A stretch of 64,000 nt of DNA. It comes from Pristiophorus japonicus. Taxonomy: Eukaryota. Below, piece by piece: positions 45,480 to 57,706 of the stretch (the stretch's first letter is position 1; the number at the start of each line of letters is the position of its first letter). Where the stretch lies: contig NC_091996.1 of the NCBI RefSeq assembly GCF_044704955.1, positions 17,856,001 through 17,920,000 of the forward strand, read 5' to 3'. The notes below the pieces were generated by a model. That model worked only from the letters and a program-made list of their open reading frames with translations, ran no database searches and was not told where the DNA came from. A program made the position numbers and the translations under genes.

Positions 45480-45780
45480 TGGAAGAGCAAAACTAGAGAC
45501 CATCAATATAAGATAGTCACCAAGAAATCCAATAGGGAACTCAGAAGAAACATCTTTACCCAGAGAGTGGTGAGATTGTGGAACTCGCTACCACAGGGAG
45601 TGGTTGAAGCAAATAGTATCGATGATTTAAGGGGAGGCTAGCTAAGCACATGAGGGAATAGAGGGTTATGCTGATTGAGTTAGATGAGGAAAGACGGGAG
45701 GAGGCTCGAGTGCAGGATAAATGGCGGCATGGACTGGTTGTGCCGTATGGCCTGTTTCTATGCCGTATATCCTATGTAAG
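45480..45780 (+). mobile_element. CR1 3' fragment
   Basis: KSKTRDHQYKIV...RRNIFTQRVVRLWNSLPQGVVEA followed by the 3' UTR. Confidence 0.8.
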
Positions 45781-47065
45781 CACTAAACCGTGAGTTTCCA
45801 TGAGATTTTTGTCCTTCCATTTTCTGTGCGGGCAAGCAGTAAAATAATGTCTGAGTCAGGGTTTGGAGCTTGACTTTCGAGTTGAGTTCTGTTGATTTTT
45901 CTATAGCATAATCAAAAGTTTATTGGCAGAATGCATGTAGTCAGTTATTTCATGCATTAATTCATTTTATTTTGGATGGGGTGGTTTGTCGGGTTTTGCA
46001 GATTTAAGTTGAAAATCGGGAACCCTGTATAAAATGTGATTTTTTTTTTTGTTTGTTTTTGTTTTATACCCCCACCCTCCCAACCATCTTATTTTCATAA
46101 TCTGTTGATATCCCATCTCATGGCTGACTTTCAATGAACTCGATTAATACCTGTAAACTGTAACAACATTGGTGAACCGAATGGCCCATTTTTCATTCTT
46201 ATATGTTTTCTGTTGTCTTAAACTGTCACTAAATATCCAGGACAAAAGTTCATATAAGCCAGCAGTTTATGGAAATAACGCTTTCACTTTCCAGTGAATC
46301 CAGGGGGTAAAGTGCACTGTCACACTTTGACCTACGAATTGGAGGATGAGAAGTTTGTACTATTATGAGCAATAGTTTGCTGTACAGCTTAAAAATTGCA
46401 GGATATTAGTAGAACAGTGTGACTTCTACATTAGTATTTCTAATAAGCTAGTCAAATTTTATAAATAAGGTAATGAGAGACCAAAGTGTCAGGTTGACAT
46501 GTGCAGTAAAACATCTTTGTGCATTTTGAATGGAAGATGGTAAGAAATTGGTGTGGAAACTATGTCAGTCTGTATTTCAAGTGTAAGCTGTTGAGCAGAA
46601 TGATCCTGACATTGTCTTCTACGGGTTCGCTTTTCCCAAGTAGAAATTATTTTGCTGACGTAAATTCTGAGGTGGCCAGGAGACAGGAGATACCTTACTG
46701 TGAAGTACAGTATAGGAGCTGCTCTCGGTGTTGCTGCTGTGTTCTGTTTGTATGGTATCACACCAGCTCTGTTGTGTACATGGGGATGAATTTCAGTAGT
46801 AACAAAACTATTTTAGAATGGTTTGCATTGTTCTAAGATTGTATTTTAAAAAAAAATCTGTTGAAGGACTTGCTTTCAATCATTAATGAACATGGATAAA
46901 GAATAAAATATTGGAGTGGGGAGAGTTGCTGATGGCTAGTGTTAGGATAGAGTACAGGCGACAATGGAGTCCCACTAATAATCAGATAAACTTTTACCAA
47001 GTACTTTACTATCTTCACCATTAAGTCACTTAGCTTTCTGATTCATTATGTCTCTAAAATTTCAG

Positions 47066-47189
47066 TGCCAGCAACTGCTCCTATGGCGCTGAGAGAGTAC
47101 AAAGTGCCCAGAGTTGGTGGGGATCGAGCACAGAAGGCTGTCTGCCTGACACACAGAGCATCTGAGTACAGATAACAACCAGCAACACG
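47066..47189 (+). other. Candidate internal 5'-UTR exon (124 nt) of the plus-strand gene, containing a 30-codon uORF
   Basis: Acceptor tctctaaaatttcag| and donor ACG|gtgagt. The exon is more GC-rich than its AT-rich non-repeat flanks. Confidence 0.5.
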
Positions 47190-48287
47190 GTGAGTGAGGC
47201 AAAATTGGAAATACTACACTGGACAGAATATGACAAAAGGTTAAAACTGGTGAAAAACATTTAAGCAGCCTTGTGTACAGGATATAACTAAAGCATAACT
47301 GACTATAAGAAGCAAAGTTGGAAATAATTTACATCTACAATAAAATTCTCCTATGAGAACTTCACTGTTTTCCTCCATGAAGCAGGATGTTCTTATAACA
47401 TAGCTTTGCTTGCTTAACATGCAGGTTAATGGGAAACAAGTGGGACTTTAATAAAAAATTTCTGCTGAACAAGATGAGAACAATGACGACTTATGGTGAA
47501 GATACAAGGCAGTCAAGCAGTTTAGAGGAAATTCGAAACCAAAAGACCACAATGGTTTCTGAAGTCAGCTGAGTTCTGTTCCCCATCCCTGTCTTTTGTG
47601 TGCTGCTTTGTGTAGATGTCTCATAGAACACTGAAGCTGCAGACACCAGTAATCGGACTTGACTCAGTACACATGGTATAGGCTGAGGGAGTGTGGAAAA
47701 AAGATATTAAGTTGTGGAGCAAAAAGTACAGGCGCAATTGACTGAAGTTGCAGCATTAGTCAGTATCCAACAAAGAAGTGATCACTGTCTTAAGCTGTGT
47801 TAATGAATCAAACTTCATATCAGATCTTCATTTTCAAGGCACAGTGTCTGCTTACCAGAACATTTGTCGGGCTGTTTTTGCTTAATAAGGTAAATTAGCC
47901 ATATTTAGATGCAAATTGCAAATGACTACATTCAGTGTAAGCATTGCAAGTAATATCTGGAAAAGCCATAGTGAGTGTATTCTGTAGTTTGTATATGTGT
48001 ACCTGCAACCTTAAACTTGAAGTGAGATAATGTCCCCAAGTGGTTTGGATTTACATTGCTCGCTCTACTATTCATGAAAGATGTCATGGATAAGCAGTAC
48101 CGTTAGACTTGGACGGCCCAGTAATGTAGCAGCACAGTAAGCCATGGACTAGTAAGTAGCATGTTAGTTTTCCAGATACTGTAGTTTTATCTTGCCAACT
48201 CGAGTAATAAACTTTCCTGCGGTGGATGGAAGAAAAATTATACGGCTAGTCTTTTGGTGTAGTTCTTAAAAGGCTGGAAATCAGAAC

Positions 48288-48410
48288 TGGCGAAAGATCA
48301 TCGAACTGAAAAGTTAACTCTGTTTCTCTCTCTACGGATGCTGCCTGACCTGCTGAGTATTTCCAGCATTTTCTATTTCAGATTTCCAGCATCCGCAGTA
48401 TTTTGCTTTT
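48288..48410 (+). mobile_element. Penelope-type repeat fragment with a degenerate hammerhead-like core
   Basis: ctggcgaaagatcatcgaactgaaa followed by gatgctgcctgacctgctgagtatttccagca, shared with 51070-51195. Confidence 0.55.
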
Positions 48411-48929
48411 GTAACAGATTACTTCTCTATCTTCAGTTGGGCAAGTAGCACAGTTATGCTGAACAAGATTGAAAGTGGTGTGGGGGAGCAGAATGTTGAA
48501 CGACTTCAACAGAAGGATGTGTTGTGATTTGTATTGAGCTCCTTTAGCCATGTGCATTGAATCAAATTCCATTCAGGACTTTCAGAATTCAAGGCGCAGT
48601 TTCTACCCAGCAGATTATTTGTATGGTTGTCTTTTCTTAATGAGGTCAATTAACTATGTAAACATTTTCATTAACAATTGTTGTTTTAAGGCTCATAACT
48701 CCAGCTACATGCTATATAGTACCAGCCTCAGAACAATAAATTTCTAATTTAAATACAATTCTATCTTGCCATATTTGGGTCAGGACCAGCAGGGGATCGA
48801 ACTGAGGACAGAGCGAGTGTGGCTTGGCTGTTGTGTTATTATATACTTGGACTGGCCAGATGGACCGCAGTGGTCTTTTGCAGTTCTATGCATTCCTGTT
48901 ATGGTGATTGCAGCATTGTCATAACGAAT

Positions 48930-49385
48930 GAAAAACTTGCATTTATAAAGCGACTTTCACGACCACCGGACATCTCAAAGAGCTTTACAGCCAATGAAGG
49001 ACTTTTTGGAGTGTAGTCACTGTTGTAATGTGGGAAATGCGGCAGCCAATTGCGCACAACAGCTCCCACAAACAGCAATGTGATAATGACCAGATAAACT
49101 GTTTTTATGTTGATTGAGGGATAAATATTGGCCAGGACACCGGGGATGACTCCCCTGCTATTCTTCAAAATAGTGGCCATGGGATCTTTTACGTCCACCT
49201 GAGCATGCAGACGGGGCCTTGGTTTAACGTCTCATTTGAAAGACAGAACCTCTGACAGTGCAGCGTTCCCTCAGCACTGCACTGGAGTGTCAACTTAGAT
49301 TTATGTGCTCCCGTCTCTGGAGTGGAACGTGAACCTACAGCCTTCTGATTTAGATGCAAGTGTGCTACCCACTGATCCACAGCTT
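48930..49385 (-). mobile_element. Deu-domain SINE, near full length
   Basis: Same head/Deu-core/tail structure as 38770-39220. Confidence 0.8.
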
Positions 49386-49679
49386 ACAAGAGTCAGAAGA
49401 TGTAAATTTACAGTTTGGAAATAAGCTTTTACTGTTAATGTCATATATATAATGTATTCGTGTATGTGTGTGATGTATATTATAACTGAGATGAGGAGGA
49501 ATTTCTTCTCTGAGGGTTGTAAATCTGGAATTCTCTGCCCTAGAGAGCTGTTAAAAGTGCTATATAAAAGCACGTTGTTGTGATTTTGCAGCTGATTATC
49601 ATATTGACCAATCAAGGGAGCCTGCAAGTATATGTAGGAACCCTGAAGGAAGAAGCACTCTGCTGTGATTAAAGAATCA

Positions 49680-50486
49680 TAAAATCATTGGAATTTACAG
49701 CAAGGAAAGAGGCCATTTCGGTCCATCGTGTCTGCGACGGCCGACAAAGAGCTATCCAGCCTAATCCCACTTTCCAGCTCTTGGTCCGTAGCCCTGTAGG
49801 TTACGGCCCTACAAGTGCACAACCAAGCACTTTTCAAATGTGGTGAGCATTTCTGTCTCGACCACCCTTTCAGGCAGTGAGTTCCAGACCCCCACCACCC
49901 TCTAGGTGAATTCAAATCCCCTCTAAACCTCATACCAATTACTTTAAATCTATGCCCCCTGGTTGTTGATCCCTCTGCTAAGAGAAAGAGGTCCTTTCTA
50001 TCCACTGTATCTAGGCCCATCATAATTTTATACACCTCAATAAGGTCTCCCCCTCAGCCTCCTCTGTTCCAAAGAAAACAGACCCAGCCTATCTAATCTT
50101 TCCTCATAGCTAAAATTCTCCAGTCCAGGCAACATCCTCGTAAATCTCCTCTGTACCCTCTCTAGTGCAATCACATCCTTCCTGTAATGTGGTGACCAGA
50201 ACTGCATGCAGTACTCTAGCTGTGGCCTAACTAGTGTTTTATACAGTTCAAGCATAACTTCCCTGCTCTTGTATTCTGTGCTCAGCTAATAAATGCAAGT
50301 ATTCCATATACTGCCTTAACTGCTTTACCTACTTGGCTTACTACCTTCAGGAATCTGTGGACCTGCACTCCAAGGTCTCTTTGTTCCTCAACACTTCTCG
50401 GTGTCCTACCATTTAATGTGTATTCCCTTGCCTTGTTATCCCTCCCCAAATGCATTACCTCACACTTCTCCGGATTGAATTCCATG
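49680..50486 (-). mobile_element. CR1 3' fragment (family of 25860-26430)
   Basis: ORFs 49685-50485 contain MEFNPEKCEVMHLG...[18 protein letters not shown]. Confidence 0.92.
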
Positions 50487-50983
50487 TATGCTTCTTGAGG
50501 CAGGTTCTTTTGCTAACTGTATATAATACTCAACCTTTTACGAGATTGGAAAATTCAACTTGGCCCAGTAAGACTTGCCAGCAAAGTCAGTCAAGGTTAT
50601 GTTATTGATTACGTTCAAGTTTGTTGTCAAAACAGCCAATATCTGAGGATGCTTCCTGCAGTACATTTATGTAAAGTGATGTCAGTCGGCTTAGCCAGAT
50701 CCATTGTTAAAAGAGATAAGGTTGCCTCCTCGAGGATGAGGTGTGCTTTTGACTAGTTGGTGTTACTTTGTGCACCTTTGTTAAACTAATGACCTCTCCC
50801 TGTTTGGAATGATCCTGCTGGGTCAGACTGCACTTCAGGATCAGTGCTTGCTCCTGGTCTTAGCACAATCTCTAATGTAGGATCATTGTGCCATGTTTCA
50901 CTCTGCTTGTGTTTCTCTGGGTTCTCTGGACAGTTGTGCATGAAGTGATTTTATTTAACAGGGCAATGTTTAACTCTAATAAC

Positions 50984-51195
50984 AAACAGAAAATGCTGGA
51001 AATCTCAGCAGGTCAGGCAGCATCTGTGGAGAGAGAAACAGTTAACGTTTGAGGTCGATGACCCAGATCTGCTGGGTCATCAACCTGAAACGTTAACTCT
51101 GTTTCTCTCTCCACAGATGCTGCCTGACCTGCTGCGTATCACCAGCATTTTCTGTTTTTATTTCAGATTTCCAGCATCTGCCGTATTTTGCTTTT
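50984..51195. repeat. Long inverted repeat (~80-bp arms) made of a Penelope-type repeat
   Basis: 50984-51066 is the reverse complement of 51072-51157 with few mismatches and a 5-nt loop. Confidence 0.8.
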
Positions 51196-51754
51196 GTGTT
51201 AAAATTTAACCTCATCTGGAGTGCTATGTGCAGTTTTGGTCACCATATCGCAGGAAGACAGAAGAATAACAAGGCATTGGAAAAGGTGCAGCAATGGGCC
51301 TTCTGTCTGATACCTGGCACAAGACATTTGAGCTAGGAGGAGCGACTACAGAAACTAACTTGGTTCACAGTAGAGGATAAGACTGTGAATGGATCTTTTT
51401 AAGGTATTTAAGATCTTTAAAGTTAACAATATGAGCCCTAAAACTGTTACCATGGTTCCAAGAATGACGACAAGAGGGTATAGGATAAAGCTCAGAAGAG
51501 GGATGATGAATCTACAAATCAAATATAACTATTTCACACATAAGGTGGTGTTTGGAATTGACTAGTGAGAAAATTATTTGAGGGATATGCGTGAGCTATA
51601 TTCTGTTTTGAAGTCTGGGGCCAGCCAGATCTACCAAAATGGTCTTTTCTGATCCTGTGCATTGCATTGTTCCTTATTAATAGATTTCAAAGGCACACAA
51701 ACTTGGCTGACAGGTTTTCCTGATATATCTACAATTGTGAAACAAAGCAACTCG

Positions 51755-51960
51755 TAACAACAACAACTTGCATTTATATAGCACCTTTAATGTAATAAAA
51801 CATCCCATGATGCTTCACAGGAGAGTTACCAGACAAAATTTGACAGCGAGCCACTTAAGGTGATCTTGGGAAAGGTCACCAAAAGCTTGGTCAAAGAGGT
51901 AAGTTTTAAAGAGGGTCGTAAAGGAGGAGAGGAGTGTTGGGGGGGATTATGAGCTTAGGG
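51755..51960 (-). mobile_element. L2 3' tail fragment
   Basis: (aac)n-ttgcatttatatagcacc...accaaaagcttggtcaaagagg, as in the 12182 and 27105 copies. Confidence 0.7.
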
Positions 51961-52240
51961 CAGGGACTGATAACTTTCCCCGGTTAGTAGGTGAGTAACA
52001 TAAGTTCAAATCATAGTCAAGAACCTCTGATGGGAATATTGTAAAGGCCATGTAACCAAGTAACAGCCTGGTGTTAATATCAACCGTTTCTAAAACCTTG
52101 TTGAATTTTGCACCTAACATGTGTTGAGCAATTCACATAGGCAGAAATGACTCATCTGCCTTTGAAGTGGCATCGCCACAAGATAATTCATATGTATTTT
52201 GGGATTCCGCAGACAAGCTGCTTGTCTGGGTGCACAAATT

Positions 52241-52923
52241 GGCCCAGAAATTCCAGCCGCCTTGTGTCTGTACGGACTCTGGAAGGCATCGCAAAAGCCG
52301 GTTTTCAGTGCACAATGCACGTGCGCTGAAAACCGGCTTTTCCGATCTGTCGAACTCCAGCTTGACCGATCATCCGCATATCGGGACTGAGGACATTTGC
52401 ATGGGCAAGATTGCGGTATTTACCCATAGCCTACTTTTACAGGCTTAAAAGTTTTAAAACACGCTTAAAACATTAAAAAAAACAATTTTAAAAACACTAT
52501 TTTTAAAAACCCTGCCCGCTACATTAAATTTGTTTTAAACCATAATTTTAAAAACTTTCTAAAAACTCGTGTTTTTTTTTTCCTGATATTTATTAACTTT
52601 AATTTCAATTAATTTTAATTGAGGTTTTTTTGTTTTTTTTATTTGGTGTTTGGTTTTTTTTTTCTCAATAGCAATGAGAACTTGTAGATACGGAGTTCCC
52701 ATTGCTATTAATTGAGAATACTTTACCTGATTGGTTGAACGGTCACACGTGACTGCATCTTCTGCATGGGAACCTGGAGGATGGGAGCGCGCTTCACAGC
52801 GCAAGAAGTGAAGGCCTCCCCAACCGAATTCCACACACCTCCGGGACCATCAAGTACTTTCGGAAAAATTCTCCGATCGGAGGCGTTCGTCTGAAAGAAG
52901 CCTCTGACCATAATTTCAGGGCC
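52241..52923. mobile_element. Harbinger-like MITE
   Basis: TIRs GGCCCAGAAATT and AATTTCAGGGCC (11/12 match), 3-bp TSD ATT on both sides, and an internal 21-bp-arm hairpin at 52293-52341. Confidence 0.82.
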
Positions 52924-53109
52924 ATTAAAGTGGCCACAAGCTGGCAGACTATCAGAACCCCACAAGGAAATATTTAAAATACACAGTCTTGAGGGATTTG
53001 AAACAAGACAAATCTCTGATCCCTCGCAATCGGTATCACCCACAGACTCCTATTTGTGAAGCATTCAGTCTTCCCATTTGCACACTCCACCTCGCTCTTG
53101 GACCAGAAG

Positions 53110-53730
53110 TCCTAGTACATGAAAAAAGTTAGCATGCAGGTACAGCAAGTAATTAGGAAGGTAAATAGATTGTTGGCCTTTATTGCAAGGGAGATGTAGT
53201 ATAAAAGTAGGAAAATCCTGCTACAACTGTATAGGGTGTTGGTGAGACCGCACCTGGAGTACTGTGTTCAGTTTTGGTCTTATTTAAGGAGGGATATACT
53301 TGCATTGGAGGCAGTTCAGAGAAGGTTCATGAGGTTGATTCCTGAGATGAAGGGGTTGTCTTATGAAGAAAGTTGAGCAGGTTGGGGCATGACAGGTTAG
53401 ACGCAGAGAGGATGTTTCCCCTCTTGGGGGAATCTAGAACTAGGGGGCATAGTTTCAGAATAAGAGGTCGCCCATTTAAGACAGAGATGAGGAGGAATTT
53501 CTTCTCTGAGGGTGGTGAATCTTTGGAATTCTCTACCCCAGGGAGCTATGGAGGCTGGGTCATTGAATATATTTAAGGTGGAGATAGACAGATTTTTGAA
53601 TGATAAGGGAAGTCGAGGGTTATGGGGAGCGGGCAGGGAAGTGAAGTTGAGGCCAAGATCAGATCAACCATGATCTTATTGAATGGCGGAGCAGGCTCGA
53701 GGGGCCAAATGGCCTACTCCTCCTATTATG
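53110..53730 (+). mobile_element. CR1 3' fragment
   Basis: [21 protein letters not shown]...MFPLLGESRTRGHSFRIRG followed by the 3' UTR. Confidence 0.9.
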
Positions 53731-54429
53731 TTGTCACTCGGTTTGAATCTCATCGTGTATCCTTGGGGTCACCTTTCTGTGATCTTTTGGGCTATGGAAT
53801 CTCGTCAGTTGATCACCTGAATTAGTGAATCGCTTGCTAGTCAGCTGCTGTGAGGCATCTGGCTTCCCATAGGCTTGCTAGATCCATGGTGCTTATGAGA
53901 TTGCATAATGCTCAACTTACTCCGCCATTTGATTCAGGATCATGCTTTCCTCATTACGATACTCGTAAATCATCGAATAAGAAAATCCACTCCCACTCCA
54001 TTCAGAGCCATTGTATGGACATCCATCCGAACTGGTAGCGTTTGCTGTCATTTCGCTTTTGAAACTGACCACAACTTCAGGATTTAGCGCCTGCGCAGCC
54101 TAATGTGAAATGCCAAAATTGCTGTCTGTAATTCACTGCTTCCCCACCCCCGGACAAAATGACGATCTGACGAAAGTTTCCACTTTTCTGAAACCCCATA
54201 AAAAGTGAGACGTATTCAAATGAGGCGTAACTGGGCTTTTAAAGGTGATCTGAGTTATACAGGGTACAACCATTCTGGCCCTGAAAAACTAATTTTATGT
54301 TGGTGGAATGTCACGTTTCTCCATTAAGTTAATAAATGATTGGATTTAAAAGTTAATACATGTTAATTTTTTAATAAATTAAATTTGTAATTTTTTTAAA
54401 AGTAATTATTAGTGCTTTCAATTTGTTCT

Positions 54430-54670
54430 TTATAGCCAATGAAATACTTTTTTGAAGTTTAGTCACTGTTGTAATATAGGAAACGTGAACAGCAATGTGA
54501 TGCTGACCAGATAATCTGTTTTTGTTCAATTGATTTGAGGGATAAATATTGACCAGAGCACCGGGCATAACTCCCCTTTGCCTCTTTGAAATAGTTTCCA
54601 TGGGATCTTTTACGTCCACCTGAGAGAGAGAGCAGGCAGGGCCTCGGTTTAACGTCTCATCCGAAAGATG
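54430..54670 (-). mobile_element. Deu-domain SINE fragment
   Basis: atgggatcttttacgtccacctgag...ggcctcggtttaacgtctcatccgaaaga. Confidence 0.75.
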
Positions 54671-55603
54671 GATTTAGAATATTGCATGAAATGTTAGGTA
54701 CGCTGCCTTTTTTTAAAGAATGCTAAAGATGAAAAGGAAGAGACTCTGAATGCTAGAAATTTGGAACAGAAGATGCTAAGTACACAACTGGTCCATCAGT
54801 ATCTGTAAAGAGAAACAACGGGCTTTTTTATTAAAAGAACACTGATTCATTGGAGAATGTTCAGGGAAAAGTGGCGAGAATGACTTGTGATCAGAACCCT
54901 AGGCTTTTCATGTATCAAAAGCAAGTTAGAGGCAATCCAGATCTTTAAAATGATGGTGTGGTGTTAATACTGTAGATATAAACCAGTTATTAAATATGCA
55001 CTGTGATGGGAAAACTGAAGGGCGGTAGTACAGAATTCAGGGATATGTGCTTTATAGAGCTAGTTGATTCTCTGCAAACATCATGATTCCTGCACTGTAG
55101 AAAAAGCAAAACTATAAATCGCGGAACTATAATTGCCATCTGTGGAATGTAATTTGAATAGTGATCATTGTGTGTTTGGATTGATAGCCAGGAGAGAAAT
55201 GTCACCGTTATTTTTGTGGTGGCGTGTTCTCCCTCCAAGTGATTACATGGGTTGGGTAAAGTATAGTGTTTTTATTGGGCCAAATAGTTGTGGTCTGTCA
55301 AGGGAGAATGGCTTTCAAAGGATGAATAGTGCTTTCTCATTTTGTGCTTTCTTGCGTTGTTAAATGGCATAGCCATAAAACAGTGGCTGCTTATTGTCAT
55401 AGGGTGTGGCTGTTCTGTGTGCTAAATTATTCTGTTAATGCACTATAAAATCAGTCCAGTGAATGCAGAAAGATATTTTGTTTAAAGCTTTGATGTGGTT
55501 AGTGGCCCTGTCACCATGGAGTCAGCAGGTTGGAGTTAATACCCCACACCAAGACTTGAGTGCATAATTTAAGCTAACTCTAGTGCAGTACAAAGGAAAT
55601 TAT

Positions 55604-57706
55604 GGACCAGAATTTGAGATGAGAATAATGGTGAGGCTATCCGCGCTCAGCGTTATAATGGAGGAAATCTAATGGCACCTTCTGGAGTATGCACATGCGC
55701 AGTTAACCTGGTGGCTCACCACCACCACCTCAAGGGCAATTAGGGATGGGCAGTAAATGCTGGTCTTCCCAGCGATGCCCACATCCCGTGAACAAATTTT
55801 TAAAAAAATGCAGAAATCCAGAAGTTGGCATGGGTTGGGTAAAGTGTGGCCAAAAAGGGTGCACTGTTGCAATCCCCGCCGATATACTAGGCATTAAAAT
55901 CATTGCCAACTGCATGAACTTGCTGTGTTTGCTTGACAAATCTTCTGGAATTTTTTGAGGATGTTTCCAGTAGAGTGGACAAGGGAGAACCAGTTGATGT
56001 GGTATATTTGGACTTTCAGAAGGCTTTCGACAAGGTCCCACACAAGAGATTAATGTGCAAAGTTAAAGCACATGGGATTGGGGGTAGTGTGCTGACATGG
56101 ATTGAGAACTGGTTGTCAGACAGGAAGCAAAGAGTAGGAGTAAATGGGGACTTTTCAGAATGGCAGGCAGTGACTAGTGGGGTACCGCAAGGTTCTGTGC
56201 TGGGGCCCCAGCTGTTTACATTGTACATTAATGATTTAGACGAGGGGATTAAATGTAGTATCTCCAAATTTGCGGATGACACTAAGTTGGGTGGCAGTGT
56301 GAGCTGCGAGGAGGATGCTATGAGGCTGCAGAGCGACTTGGATAGGTTAGGTGAGTGGGCAAATGTATGGCAGATGAAGTATAATGTGGATAAATGTGAG
56401 GTTATCCACTTTGGTGGTAAAAACAGAGAGACAGACTATTATCTGAATGGTGACAGATTAGAAAAGGGGAGGTGCAAAGAGACCTGGGTGTCATGGTACA
56501 TCAGTCATTGAAGGTTGGCATGCAGGTACAGCAGGCGGTTAAGAAAGCAAATGGCATGTTGGCCTTCATAGCGAGGGGATTTGAGTACAGGGGCAGGGAG
56601 GTGTTGCTACAATTGTACAGGGCCTTGGTGAGGCCACACCTGGAGTATTGTGTACAGTTTTGGTCTCCTAACCTGAGGAAGGACATTCTTGCTATTGAGG
56701 GAGTGCAGCGAAGGTTCACCAGACTGATTCCCGGGATGGCGGGACTGACCTATCAAAAAAGACTGGATCAACTGGGCTTGTATTCACTGGAGTTCAGAAG
56801 AATGAGAGGGGACCTCATAGAAACGTTTAAAATTCTGACGGGGTTAGACAGGTTAGATGCAGGAAGAATGTTCCCAATGTTGGGGAAGTCCAGAATCAGG
56901 GGTCACAGTCTAAGGATAAGGGGGAAGCCATTTAGGACCGAGATGAGGAGGAATTTCTTCACCCAGAGAGTGGTGAACCTGTGGAATTCTCTACCACAGA
57001 GAGTTGTTGAGGCCAATTCACTAAATATATTCAAAAAGGAGTTAGATGAAGTCCTTACTACTAGGGGAATCAAGGGGTATGGTGAGAAAGCAGGAATGGG
57101 GTACTGAAGTTGCATGTTCAGCCATGAACTCATTGAATGGCGGTGCAGGCCTCCTCCTGCACCTATTTTCTATGTTTCTAGTTCCGCACTGAATTTGGCT
57201 AAAAAAGTTAGGGCTGGTGCATTCAGGAGTAAATGTTTTTTTTAATTACGTTAATTATTACTGAACAAGCTCTCTGGCCCTGAAAAAATTAATTTTACAA
57301 ATGCAGAGTTTAATTTCCTCAAGAAATTTAGTGTTGGAGATTTTTTTTTAAACTTAAACTAAAATATATATTTTTTTACTTTTTCTGTCTCTTATCTCTC
57401 TCCCTTAATCCCATCTGCATTTCCCAATTTTCATTTTGCTTTCTGGACCTCATTTAAATCTAATTTATATTTCCTGGTTTGGACTCTGCGATCTCGGTGA
57501 GAATACTTCAGTCTGATTGGTTGAAGAGCCTAGCTGTTGCTTGACCTGTTCATAAACTCCACAGATCCCCTTTAGAGGGCACAGGACTAGAAAAGACTCG
57601 ATTAGAGGAAATCTCCACTGACAAGCCCGCGACAAGCCTGTGGGCAGCATCCAGCGCATTGAACGGTGAGCGCCATTTCTTCGCCGCTGAGAGCAAAATC
57701 TGGGCA
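55604..57706. mobile_element. Probable Harbinger-like MITE split by a SINE tail (~55710-55800) and a CR1 (55930-57180)
   Basis: Imperfect TIR-like ends (GGACCAGAATTTG / CAAAATCTGGGC). Internal gagaatactt...ctgattggttgaa is shared with the 52241 MITE, and tctggccctgaaaaa with ~54275. Confidence 0.45.
55930..57180 (+). mobile_element. Young 5'-truncated CR1 (same family as 33703-37483)
   Basis: ORFs 55933..56511 and 56472..57107 are nearly identical to the RT and C-terminus of ORF 34404..37364, with one frameshift. Confidence 0.95.

Noticed and set aside
52210-52228. 9-bp perfect hairpin CAGACAAGC-T-GCTTGTCTG next to a MITE
   Set aside because: Too short to separate from chance or a repair footprint; no function supportable.
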